From Bacteroidales bacterium (GTDB lineage Bacteria; Bacteroidota; Bacteroidia; Bacteroidales; UBA932), in contig JAFXFS010000014.1 in the NCBI GenBank assembly GCA_017513445.1, positions 1,218-65,217 on the forward strand: a stretch of 64,000 bases of DNA. Direction: 5' to 3'. A program made the translations under genes and the position numbers. Below the pieces are notes generated by a model. It saw only the letters and a list, made by a program, of their open reading frames with translations. It searched no databases and had not been told where the DNA came from. Below, piece after piece: positions 27,315-36,437 of this stretch (its first letter is position 1; every line of letters begins with the position of its first letter).

Positions 27315-28270
27315 CTATTCTCCTCCAACTCTTGTAAAAATGTAGCATTAACAAATCTTACAGCGATAGGAATAGCATCCTGATTCTCCTCTTCTGATGC
27401 AAGATATTTTGCAAACTTAACTAAATCTGCAGTAGTGAATAGTGATGATAAATCCTCATAAACTCGCTGTTCTAACTCCTTATCTTTTGAGAGAATATCT
27501 AAAATTTCATTAGATGTCATCTCCATAGCCGACAAGTTGTATCTATCTGATATATAAATTCTTAGAGTATCAGTAATTGCCGTATAATACTGCTTCTGCT
27601 TATTATTCTGCCATAGATTTTGTGTCCTGATCTTATCTAAAGAGCGCAAGGCAACAATGTGTGCAGGATCTTTAACTATCGGCTTACCAAAAATATTTCT
27701 ATTCTGCTTTTTCAATCTTATATATCTGATTAACAACCAGATAGCAGCAACTAAAAGCAATAATAGTAAAATATATGGAGCAACCTCCTTGAATGTTAAA
27801 GGATAGGTATATTGCCCCTTAATATCATACATCTCAAATGTTGCAGTATCAATAGGAATTGTTGTAACATCAAGAATAGGTCCATCAAAGAAGAGGGTAT
27901 CAACCCTGCCGTCTAAATGTTCAATAGCCGCCATAACCTCTGGAAGATAGAATGTACCACTATCAAATGATGTGATTATCGCCTTTCCTTCAAGTAATAA
28001 CTCATCTTTACGACTCTTCAATGTATCTAACTTAAACGTACCAATCAACTCAACCCCTTGTGTAACAGGATTTTGGAATGGTTCAAATACAATCTCTTCT
28101 CCCTTTTTCACCATCACCTGCATTGTCCATTCAATCTGGTCACCGATCAATATGGTATCTCTGCTCAGTTTGGATGGAAATTTCATCATTGTAGAATCTA
28201 CAAAAAGCACCTCTCCCCTCATTGAAAGGGTAGATAAGAGAAGTCCTAATATCAAAAATACTCTTTTCAT
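27311..28270 (-). CDS. bitopic membrane protein of the Bat locus (DUF4381-position gene with an extended N-terminal ectodomain)
   Basis: 319 aa. Signal peptide, ~165-aa ectodomain, TM (APYILLLLLLVAAIWLLIRYI) and a helical cytoplasmic tail. It overlaps both neighbouring genes. Confidence 0.6.
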   Translation of the reverse strand: MKRVFLILGLLLSTLSMRGEVLFVDSTMMKFPSKLSRDTILIGDQIEWTMQVMVKKGEEIVFEPFQNPVTQGVELIGTFKLDTLKSRKDELLLEGKAIITSFDSGTFYLPEVMAAIEHLDGRVDTLFFDGPILDVTTIPIDTATFEMYDIKGQYTYPLTFKEVAPYILLLLLLVAAIWLLIRYIRLKKQNRNIFGKPIVKDPAHIVALRSLDKIRTQNLWQNNKQKQYYTAITDTLRIYISDRYNLSAMEMTSNEILDILSKDKELEQRVYEDLSSLFTTADLVKFAKYLASEEENQDAIPIAVRFVNATFLQELEENR

Positions 28271-29151
28271 TATGATCTTGATTTGAAAAATGAAATTAGT
28301 CCTTTTACATAATCCTGATCGGTACTGATACTTACATTATCAACAGCATATTTTCTCAAGAGCTGCTTACTCTTTAGAAATGCATCTTCTCCCCACTTTG
28401 CATACTCCCTTCTCAACTCTTTTGATGATGTATCTACCCAAAGGAATTTTCCACTCTCTGAATCTTTAACACGAACCAAACCAACATTAGGAATCTCTCT
28501 TTCGCGAGGGTCGTAAATATTGATTACAGATAGGTCGTGTCTATTCTTAGCAATTTTTAGTGCCTCTTCGTAACGAGGATTATCATTTGCATCAAAATCC
28601 ATCAGGTCTGAAAGAAGAAATGCAGTACACCTTCTCTTAATTGCATTAGTAAGAAAACGAAGTGCTTCTGAAATATCTGTACCACGACTTTGAGGGGTAA
28701 AATAGACAAGTTCCCTAATAATTCTTAAAAGATGGCTTCTTCCCTTTTTAGGAGGAATAAATTTCTCAATTTTATCACTGAAAAAGAGTGCACCAACTTT
28801 GTCATTATTTATAGAGGCCGAAAATGATAAAACTGCAGCTATCTCGGTAATCAGATCTCTCTTCAACTTATCTGTAGTACCAAAAAGTCGAGAGCCACTG
28901 ACATCGATCAATAGCAAAACGGTCATCTCCCTCTCCTCTTCGAAAATCTTCACATAAGGAGTGCGCATACGGGCAGTAACATTCCAATCCATATTACGGA
29001 TATCATCACCCCATTGATATTCACGCACTTCGCTGAATGCCATACCACGCCCCTTAAAGGCCGAATGGTACTCTCCTGCAAAGATTTGATGAGAGAGACT
29101 TCGAGTCTTTATCTCTATTTTACGTACCTTTTTTAATAGCTCGTTTTCCAT
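28270..29151 (-). CDS. DUF58-family protein (MoxR-associated, VWA-like)
   Basis: 293 aa with the DUF58 hallmark REYQWGDDIRNMDW. Located directly downstream of moxR. Confidence 0.8.
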   Translation of the reverse strand: MENELLKKVRKIEIKTRSLSHQIFAGEYHSAFKGRGMAFSEVREYQWGDDIRNMDWNVTARMRTPYVKIFEEEREMTVLLLIDVSGSRLFGTTDKLKRDLITEIAAVLSFSASINNDKVGALFFSDKIEKFIPPKKGRSHLLRIIRELVYFTPQSRGTDISEALRFLTNAIKRRCTAFLLSDLMDFDANDNPRYEEALKIAKNRHDLSVINIYDPREREIPNVGLVRVKDSESGKFLWVDTSSKELRREYAKWGEDAFLKSKQLLRKYAVDNVSISTDQDYVKGLISFFKSRS

Positions 29152-29159
29152 AATCTCTA

Positions 29160-30152
29160 CTAAGGAACTTCAACAGCGTTCATTATTTCAGAGATGATAT
29201 TTTCAGTGGTAATATTCTCAGCTTCTGCCTCATAGGTCAAACCGATTCTGTGACGCAATACCTCGTAAGCCACTGCTCTAACATCTTCAGGAATCACATA
29301 ACCTCTTCTCTTTATAAATGCATAAGCTTTAGCTGCCATAGCCAAAGAGATACTTGCTCTTGGAGATCCGCCATAAGAGATAAGGTTTTTCAACTTAGAT
29401 AAACCATAATTCTCTGGTGTACGAGTTGCATAAACGATATCTACAATGTACTTTTCAATCTTTTCATCCATATATACATCTCGAACTACCTCTCTTGCTC
29501 TGATAATATCTTCTGGTTTAAGAACAGTAGATGGTTTTGGATACTCTCCGGTATTGTTCATACGAATGATTAGCTTCTCCTCCTCTTTTTTAGGATAAGT
29601 AACCACTACTTTTAACATAAATCGGTCAACTTGTGCCTCAGGAAGTGGATATGTACCCTCTTGTTCAATAGGGTTTTGAGTTGCCATTACCAGGAATGGT
29701 TCTGGAAGTTTGAAGGTCTCTGTACCAATTGTAACCTGTCTCTCCTGCATCGCTTCAAGAAGTGCAGACTGCACCTTTGCAGGTGAACGGTTAATCTCAT
29801 CCGCCAATATGAAATTAGCGAAGATTGGACCCTTTTTAATTTGAAAATCCTCATTCTTCTGACTATAAATCATAGTACCGACAAGATCGGCTGGCAAAAG
29901 ATCCGGTGTAAATTGGATACGGCTGAATTTCGCATCTACAATTTTTGCCAACGAATTGATTGCTAACGTTTTAGCCAAACCAGGCATACCTTCCAACAGG
30001 ATATGTCCATTAGCAAGTAAACCAATAAGAAGGTTCTCCACCAACTCCTTTTGTCCAACGATAACCTTATTCATCTCCATTGTGATAATATCCACAAATG
30101 CACTCTCTTTTTGAATTCGGTCGTTAAGTTCTTTTATGTTTACACTCTCCAT
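29160..30152 (-). CDS. moxR: MoxR-family AAA+ ATPase
   Basis: 330 aa. Walker A LEGMPGLAKT and Walker B ILADEINR, with an AAA_3-type layout. Confidence 0.9.
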   Translation of the reverse strand: MESVNIKELNDRIQKESAFVDIITMEMNKVIVGQKELVENLLIGLLANGHILLEGMPGLAKTLAINSLAKIVDAKFSRIQFTPDLLPADLVGTMIYSQKNEDFQIKKGPIFANFILADEINRSPAKVQSALLEAMQERQVTIGTETFKLPEPFLVMATQNPIEQEGTYPLPEAQVDRFMLKVVVTYPKKEEEKLIIRMNNTGEYPKPSTVLKPEDIIRAREVVRDVYMDEKIEKYIVDIVYATRTPENYGLSKLKNLISYGGSPRASISLAMAAKAYAFIKRRGYVIPEDVRAVAYEVLRHRIGLTYEAEAENITTENIISEIMNAVEVP

Positions 30153-30166
30153 ATAAAATGATTTTG

Positions 30167-30174
30167 TATTTTTG
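30167..30174 (+). promoter_or_regulatory. candidate -7 box (TAttTTTG) for truA
   Basis: 38 nt upstream of the truA ATG. Confidence 0.35.
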
Positions 30175-30193
30175 TCAAACTTTACAAATCCTA

Positions 30194-30201
30194 CAAATGT
30201 A
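30194..30201 (-). promoter_or_regulatory. candidate -7 box (TAcaTTTG, minus strand) for the moxR/bat operon
   Basis: Plus-strand caaatgta, 42 nt upstream of the moxR ATG. Confidence 0.35.
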
Positions 30202-30211
30202 GAAAATTTTT

Positions 30212-30970
30212 ATGAGATACTTCATTTCAATCTCTTATAATGGTGCAGCATTTAGTGGCTGGCAAATTCAAGACAATGCAAACTCAGTACAACAAGAGTT
30301 GCAAAATGCCCTATCCATCTATGCTCAGGAGCCAATATCAATTACAGGAGCCGGCAGAACCGATGCTGGAGTCAATGCTAAATACTGCATAGCACATTTT
30401 GACACTGAGCGTGAAATTGAAAAGAATCCGGAACAATTTTTATACAAATTAAATGCCATTCTGCCCAATACAATCGTTGTTCTCAACTGTTGTAGAGTAA
30501 AAGATGATGCCCACGCCCGTTTTGATGCCACCCAAAGAGAGTACAAATATTATGTTCACACCTCGAAGGATCCATTCTCTAATGATTTTTCCTGCTATTT
30601 TCCATTAGATTTAGATATTGAAAAGATGAACGAAGCTGCATCTCACCTACTTGGAGAGAGAGATTTCTCATCTTTTGAGAAAGTTAATGGAGGGAATAAA
30701 ACATCAATCTGCAACCTTACTTTTGCAAAATGGGAGAAAATAGATGAAACCCATTTTGTCTTTACTGTAAGGGCAAACAGATTTTTAAGAAATATGGTCA
30801 GAGCCATTGTCGGGACTCTACTTGAAATAGGCAGAGGTAAAAGAGATGTTGAGTGGATTGATGAGGTAATTGCATCAAAAAACAGATCTTCTGCAGGGCA
30901 ATCTGTAAAGGGTAACGCCCTATTCCTCAACTACATAGAGTATCCATACGAGCTTAATTGGTTTCTATAA
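30212..30970 (+). CDS. truA: tRNA pseudouridine(38-40) synthase
   Basis: 252 aa with the catalytic-Asp motif GAGRTDAGVNA. Confidence 0.9.
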   Translation: MRYFISISYNGAAFSGWQIQDNANSVQQELQNALSIYAQEPISITGAGRTDAGVNAKYCIAHFDTEREIEKNPEQFLYKLNAILPNTIVVLNCCRVKDDAHARFDATQREYKYYVHTSKDPFSNDFSCYFPLDLDIEKMNEAASHLLGERDFSSFEKVNGGNKTSICNLTFAKWEKIDETHFVFTVRANRFLRNMVRAIVGTLLEIGRGKRDVEWIDEVIASKNRSSAGQSVKGNALFLNYIEYPYELNWFL

Positions 30971-31016
30971 TGGCACAAAATGTGTTGTAGTCTATATTTG
31001 ATTCACTTTTAAATAT

Positions 31017-31024
31017 TATTTTTG
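31017..31024 (+). promoter_or_regulatory. candidate -7 box (TAttTTTG) for exbB-exbD-tonB
   Basis: 21 nt upstream of the ATG at 31045. A second box, TAtaTTTG, is at 30993-31000. Confidence 0.4.
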
Positions 31025-31044
31025 CACAAATTTTTTATAACATT

Positions 31045-31722
31045 ATGATATTATCACTCTTACTTCAAACAGATCCTGAAGCGATAACTGCCACTGTACA
31101 GGAGGAGTTATCCTTTTCACTAATCGATATGGCAACCAAAGGTGGTTGGCTTATGATCGTTCTACTAATTTTATCAATTATTGCAATCTATATCTTTGCT
31201 GAAAGATGGGTTGCTATAAGAAAAGCCGAAAAATTGGACAAGAATTTCCTTAAAGACATCAATGACTACATTCAAGATGGAAAGATTAAATCTGCGATTG
31301 CTCTATGCAATAAGACAGACTCTCCTGTAGCCAGAATGTTGGAAAAGGGGCTTCAAAGAACAGGTAAACCGCTATCTGACATTCAAGCTGCCATCGAAAA
31401 TGTTGGAACTGTAGAGGTAGCTAGATTGGAGAAAGGATTGCCAACATTGGCAACAATCTCCGGAGGTGCTCCTATGATTGGTTTCCTTGGTACAGTTATG
31501 GGTATGGTTCAGGCCTTCTTTAATATGTCTCAAGCTGGAAACAACATCGACATTACTCTACTTTCAGGTGGTATTTACACAGCAATGATTACAACTGTTG
31601 GTGGTCTTATTGTGGGTATTTTGGCATATTTTGCATACAATATCCTTACATCAAAGGTTTCTGGAGTTGTCGCTAAAATGGAGAGCTCTTCAATAGAATT
31701 TTTGGATATGCTTCATCAATAG
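31045..31722 (+). CDS. exbB: MotA/TolQ/ExbB proton-channel protein
   Basis: 225 aa with three TM segments and the conserved C-terminal half (...GAPMIGFLGTVMGMVQAF...). Confidence 0.85.
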   Translation: MILSLLLQTDPEAITATVQEELSFSLIDMATKGGWLMIVLLILSIIAIYIFAERWVAIRKAEKLDKNFLKDINDYIQDGKIKSAIALCNKTDSPVARMLEKGLQRTGKPLSDIQAAIENVGTVEVARLEKGLPTLATISGGAPMIGFLGTVMGMVQAFFNMSQAGNNIDITLLSGGIYTAMITTVGGLIVGILAYFAYNILTSKVSGVVAKMESSSIEFLDMLHQ

Positions 31723-31728
31723 AAAGTT

Positions 31729-32139
31729 ATGGCAATTAAGAGAAGAACAAAAGTAGATGCATCCTTTTCGATGTCCTCAATGACGGATATCGTCTTCCTT
31801 TTGCTGATATTCTTCCTTGTCACCTCGACATTGATCAATCCGAATGCTCTGAAACTACTTTTACCAAAGAGCACCGGACAAGTTTCGGCAAAAGCAACTG
31901 TAAGCGTCTCCATTAAGCATCTCAAAGGAGACAATTTTTCATACCACATCAATGGCAATGCTAAACCTATCAGATTTAACGAGATAGAGAATGAAGTTGT
32001 CAATTTGCTTGATGGTACGGAAGACCCTACCTTCTCGATTTACGCAGATGAAACTGTTCCTATCAAGGAGGTTGTTGCAATTATGAATATTGCTAAGAGA
32101 AATAATTATAAAGTTATAATGGCCACGCAGCCGGAATAG
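31729..32139 (+). CDS. exbD: ExbD/TolR biopolymer transport protein
   Basis: 136 aa with an N-terminal TM (MTDIVFLLLIFFLVTS) and an ExbD fold. Confidence 0.85.
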   Translation: MAIKRRTKVDASFSMSSMTDIVFLLLIFFLVTSTLINPNALKLLLPKSTGQVSAKATVSVSIKHLKGDNFSYHINGNAKPIRFNEIENEVVNLLDGTEDPTFSIYADETVPIKEVVAIMNIAKRNNYKVIMATQPE

Positions 32140-32144
32140 TTTGA

Positions 32145-32906
32145 ATGCAGAGTCAAGATTCTCATAAATCAAAGGTAATAGCAGCTGCTGCAACGATAGT
32201 TTTTCACGTTGCACTGCTGTTTCTTTGTTTTGAATCTGGCTTGAAATATAAATTTCCGCCACCTGAGGAGTTGGGTATCCTGATGGAATTCGAACAAGAT
32301 ATTGAGGAGCCAAAACCTATTGATGTGGCGGTTGGCGTTCAGCCAAAATCACCAGTAGCAGACCCTGATAGAGATATTGAACTTGTTCAAAAATCTGAAG
32401 GTCAGGAGATTGGTACAAAGCAAAATGAAGCCGAGGAGAGTACTATTTCCGATAATGGTGATATTGAGACTTATGAACCTGAACGCAAGAAGGAGATCGA
32501 TAAACGTGCTCTCTTCTCCTCTGCTGCCAACAAAGCAAAAAAAGATACACTGGCAGCACAAACTTCTGACAAAATAAGCGAAACCCTAAAAGAGGGACAC
32601 GCCTCTGGAAATACAAAAAGTGGTGCTACTGAAGGTATGCCATCTGCTCAACTGGAAGGAAGGCAAATACTTGGTTCCCTGCCTCTACCATCTTATGCTG
32701 AGAATGATAGAGGAACTGTGGTTATTAGAATAGTTGTAGATGCTGCCGGAAATGTCACATCTGCAGAGGTCAGTCCAAAAGGGACTACTACAAGCAACAG
32801 TGTTCTAAGGGAATCTGCACGTCGCGCAGCCCTCAAAGCAAAATTCAGTACAGGAAGTTCTGTCGCTCAAGAGGGAACAATTACATACATATTCTCATTA
32901 AAGTAG
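32145..32906 (+). CDS. tonB: TonB-family energy transducer
   Basis: 253 aa. N-terminal TM, charged linker and a TonB_C-like end (GTVVIRIVVDAAGNVTSAEV...). Follows exbBD. Confidence 0.7.
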   Translation: MQSQDSHKSKVIAAAATIVFHVALLFLCFESGLKYKFPPPEELGILMEFEQDIEEPKPIDVAVGVQPKSPVADPDRDIELVQKSEGQEIGTKQNEAEESTISDNGDIETYEPERKKEIDKRALFSSAANKAKKDTLAAQTSDKISETLKEGHASGNTKSGATEGMPSAQLEGRQILGSLPLPSYAENDRGTVVIRIVVDAAGNVTSAEVSPKGTTTSNSVLRESARRAALKAKFSTGSSVAQEGTITYIFSLK

Positions 32907-32908
32907 TC

Positions 32909-34117
32909 CTACCACTCCCCTTTCCGGCTATATTTCAAAAGAGGCATCAATCCTGATATAATACTGATAATCAGGGTGATAGCAATAGATTTCAAAACCC
33001 AATCCCAAGGCATAACAAATTGTACTTGCAAATAATTTGAAATAATAAAGCCGATTAACGTGCCTGATAATATCCCTATAAAAGTTCCTGTTTGTGCAAG
33101 AAGGATTGCCTCAAAGAGAAACTGCATCATAACAGCTCGTCGAGTAGCTCCAACTGCCCTCTCAATTATGATCTCCTGACTCTTCTCTCGATATGATACC
33201 AGTATAATATTCATCAATGATATCATTGAGCCGAATAGAAGAATTAGTGCAATTATTGTTGAAATCTGGGCAATCTGATTATTAAGAGAGTTGATAGAAT
33301 CTACTATTGAATTTCCCCTGACAATCTCTAAACCTGCCTCCTGCAAAGTGCCTTTTCCTCGCATTCGAAGTACCATATTCTCCACCTCAACCGATAGAGA
33401 CTCTATATTTCCATCTGTTGCAAAGAGAATTCTATAATCCAAAGGTGTTTGAAGAGGTATATTTGGCAGATAACTTATAGGCAGAATGATTGTATTTGCA
33501 ATCTGAAATTTGGGATGAGGATAATCATCATTCAGTAAAGCAATAATTCTATAATCAGACTTACCAATAGTTATTTTCTCGCCAATTGGATTTTGAGAAT
33601 CAAATAACTCCTCTGATACCATTGGACCAACAATAGCAACAGGCTCAGATAAATTTCTATTAGTAAAGAATGAGCCGCTACGCAAGGATAATCCGCTCAT
33701 TACTAAATAGTTATAATCCATTGCCGAAATTGAAAATATCGGTTCTGTCTCTCCTTTACCTCCCTTGACAGATATAAATTCAGTTAATTTGCAGAGGAGT
33801 CCAACCTGGTAATCTTCGCAAAAATGAGTAACAATCCTCACCGCCTCATTTTCACTTACAGGCAATAGATTTTCTTTCTCTTCAGAATACTGAGAAGATA
33901 GTTCCAACTGATTGATTCCAAAGGAATTAAATGATTCAAGCAGATTATTGGAAAGCCCATTCAGCGTTATCTGAATAGAGATAATGGCACTAATAGCAAT
34001 TGCCACTATTGAAATCGTAATTATTGACCTTAGAAGAGTATCTTTTATCGAATTTATTCCCCTATGGAATGGTTGGGTAAAAAGATAGAAACCCCTTAAA
34101 AATTTCTCTCGCCACAT
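32909..34117 (-). CDS. FtsX/MacB-type ABC transporter permease
   Basis: 402 aa. The order is TM1, large periplasmic domain, then three C-terminal TM segments (FtsX domain). No partner ATPase is adjacent. Confidence 0.75.
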   Translation of the reverse strand: MWREKFLRGFYLFTQPFHRGINSIKDTLLRSIITISIVAIAISAIISIQITLNGLSNNLLESFNSFGINQLELSSQYSEEKENLLPVSENEAVRIVTHFCEDYQVGLLCKLTEFISVKGGKGETEPIFSISAMDYNYLVMSGLSLRSGSFFTNRNLSEPVAIVGPMVSEELFDSQNPIGEKITIGKSDYRIIALLNDDYPHPKFQIANTIILPISYLPNIPLQTPLDYRILFATDGNIESLSVEVENMVLRMRGKGTLQEAGLEIVRGNSIVDSINSLNNQIAQISTIIALILLFGSMISLMNIILVSYREKSQEIIIERAVGATRRAVMMQFLFEAILLAQTGTFIGILSGTLIGFIISNYLQVQFVMPWDWVLKSIAITLIISIISGLMPLLKYSRKGEW

Positions 34118-34175
34118 TCTTGCACACTTTTTATTATTTAGAGCAACAAAAATAGGAAAATAAAAGTTATTCTCC

Positions 34176-34183
34176 TATTTTTG
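34176..34183 (+). promoter_or_regulatory. candidate -7 box (TAttTTTG) for rluB
   Basis: 46 nt upstream of the ATG. An 8-bp hairpin, ATTATTTC-gcgatg-GAAATAAT, follows in the leader. Confidence 0.4.
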
Positions 34184-34228
34184 CAGTTGATTATTTCGCG
34201 ATGAAATAATATTAAACGTTCATTAAAA

Positions 34229-35512
34229 ATGCAAAGAGATTACAAAGATCGTCCACGCTACAATAGCGACGAAAAACCCGTGAGGGCAGAAAGAAATTAC
34301 AAGAGAGTTAATCACGACTCTAATTATGAGGGCAAACCAAAAAGAGTTTACTCAGAGAGAAGAAATTCTGACAGCAGTTATTCAGAGAGAAGAACTTCAT
34401 CTGAAAACAGAGCTCCTCGCAAAAGAGAACATTTTAAAAAAACTGATGCTCAGAGAGAAAGGTACAATAAAGTGGACACATCAGTTAGAAGAGAACACTC
34501 TGGTCAAGAAGAGTATTCTGGACAAAGAGAGTATGGTAAAAGAAGCTACAATGGCAATAGCCAAAGCAGAGGTAATCAACAAAGAGGTAATCAAAAGAGC
34601 AATTATCAACAAAGAGGAAACCAACAAAGAGGTAATCAACAAAGAGGCTTCTCTAAGCCAAATCAAAAAAAGCAGACAAACAAACAAAAGAATGTTAACT
34701 TTCCTTTCAAGGAGTCTCCATACATAAGAAGAGATGAATTGCAAAGAAGCAAAGCTGTTGAGGCCGCTTTTGCACAACGCCCAACTAGCGATCCTAACAC
34801 TGTTCGTCTAAACAAATTCATTGCAAATTCAGGTGTTTGTTCAAGAAGAGAGGCAGATGACCTTATCTTGGCAGGAGTTGTTACTGTAAATGGTGTTGTA
34901 GTTACAGAACTTGGAACAAAAGTTAGTCTAAACGATGATATCAGATTCAACGGCGAACGCTTGAAAGGCGAAAACAAAGTTTACCTTGTAATGAATAAAC
35001 CAAAAGGTTACGTTACAACTACAAACGATCCACACGCAGACAAAATGGTTATGGATCTAATCAACCCTGATCTTTGTCCTCAAAGAGTATTCCCTGTAGG
35101 AAGACTTGATAAGGATACAACAGGTGTGCTTCTATTCACAAACGATGGAGATATAGCAGAAAAACTTAGTCATCCATCATATCAAAAGAAGAAAATTTAC
35201 CAAGTTCAACTTAACAAGAACCTTTCAAAAGAGAAATTCGAAAGATTGTTAACAGGAGTTGAGTTAGAGGATGGCCCTATCTATGCAGACGCTCTTGCTT
35301 ATCTTGATGGAAAGATGAATATGGTAGGCGTGGAGATCCATTCTGGCAGAAACAGAGTTGTAAGAAGAATGTTCCAAGAAGTGGGACTTACTGTTGTTAA
35401 ACTTGACAGAGTATATTTTGCAGGTCTTACAAAGAAAGGTCTGCGCAGAGGTGCTTGGAGATTCTTGACTGAGCAAGAGGTAACAATGTTAAGAGTTGGT
35501 TCTTATAATTAA
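34229..35512 (+). CDS. rluB: RsuA/RluB-family rRNA pseudouridine synthase with a ~190-aa basic low-complexity N-terminal extension
   Basis: The S4 domain starts at VRLNKFIANSGVCSRREAD. The catalytic motif is VGRLDKDTTGVLLFTNDG. The N-terminus is R/K/Q/N/E/S-rich and carries QQRGN repeats. Confidence 0.85.
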   Translation: MQRDYKDRPRYNSDEKPVRAERNYKRVNHDSNYEGKPKRVYSERRNSDSSYSERRTSSENRAPRKREHFKKTDAQRERYNKVDTSVRREHSGQEEYSGQREYGKRSYNGNSQSRGNQQRGNQKSNYQQRGNQQRGNQQRGFSKPNQKKQTNKQKNVNFPFKESPYIRRDELQRSKAVEAAFAQRPTSDPNTVRLNKFIANSGVCSRREADDLILAGVVTVNGVVVTELGTKVSLNDDIRFNGERLKGENKVYLVMNKPKGYVTTTNDPHADKMVMDLINPDLCPQRVFPVGRLDKDTTGVLLFTNDGDIAEKLSHPSYQKKKIYQVQLNKNLSKEKFERLLTGVELEDGPIYADALAYLDGKMNMVGVEIHSGRNRVVRRMFQEVGLTVVKLDRVYFAGLTKKGLRRGAWRFLTEQEVTMLRVGSYN

Positions 35513-35529
35513 CAGATAATCAGACATTT

Positions 35530-36426
35530 ATGGCAAATAACACTCCTCACAAGGCAGGTTTTGTAAATATTATTGGCAATCCAAATGTTGGCAAATCAAC
35601 ATTGATGAATGCACTTGTTGGAGAGAAACTTTCGATTGTAACTGCGAAAGCTCAAACCACAAGACACAGAATTATGGGGATCGTTAATGGCGAAGACTAC
35701 CAAATTGTCTATTCTGACACACCTGGTATTTTGAAACCAAACTACAGACTTCAACAAAGTATGCTTGACTTTGTTGATACTGCCATAGGCGATGCTGATC
35801 TGATTCTTTATGTAACTGATATTTACGAAAAGAGCGAAAAGAATAAGGAGTATATTGAAAAGTTGAATAAAGTTGACTGTCCTGTCGCACTTGTTATCAA
35901 TAAAATCGATAAGGGTACTCAGGATGAGGTTTTAAAACTTTATCAACATTGGAAAGAACTTGTACCTAAAGCCGAGATCTTTGCTGCTTCGGCTTTAGAG
36001 AAGTTCAATCTCGATAACATCTTTAACTATATATTAGATAATATCCCACAGAGTCCTGCCTGGTTCGACAAGGATGCATTCACTGACAAAAACCTTCGTT
36101 TCTTTGCTTCTGAAATTATCAGAGAAAAGATTCTCCTCAACTATTCAAAAGAGATTCCTTATTGTACAGAAGTGGTTATTGACCAATTCAAAGAGGGAGA
36201 AGAGAGATATGAAATCAGTGCTATTATCTATGTTGCACGCTCATCTCAAAAGGGAATTATTATTGGACACAAAGGCTCTTCATTAAAAAAAGTTGGCACC
36301 GAAGCGCGACTTGATATGGAGACATTTTTTGAAAAAAAGGTATATTTGCAACTCTTTGTAAAGGTTGATGAGAACTGGAGAGAGGATAAACGCAAATTGA
36401 AAAAATTCGGGTATATTTTAGACTAA
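35530..36426 (+). CDS. era: GTPase Era
   Basis: 298 aa. G1 GNPNVGKST, G3 DTPG, G4 NKID, and a C-terminal KH domain. Confidence 0.9.
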   Translation: MANNTPHKAGFVNIIGNPNVGKSTLMNALVGEKLSIVTAKAQTTRHRIMGIVNGEDYQIVYSDTPGILKPNYRLQQSMLDFVDTAIGDADLILYVTDIYEKSEKNKEYIEKLNKVDCPVALVINKIDKGTQDEVLKLYQHWKELVPKAEIFAASALEKFNLDNIFNYILDNIPQSPAWFDKDAFTDKNLRFFASEIIREKILLNYSKEIPYCTEVVIDQFKEGEERYEISAIIYVARSSQKGIIIGHKGSSLKKVGTEARLDMETFFEKKVYLQLFVKVDENWREDKRKLKKFGYILD

Positions 36427-36437
36427 TTGATATAAAT

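Noticed and set aside
34326-34727. 133-aa alternative-frame ORF, plus minus-strand ORFs at 34481-34977, within the rluB 5' region
   Set aside because: They are by-products of the low-complexity A/G-rich repeat DNA. Only the annotated frame continues into the conserved S4 and synthase domains.
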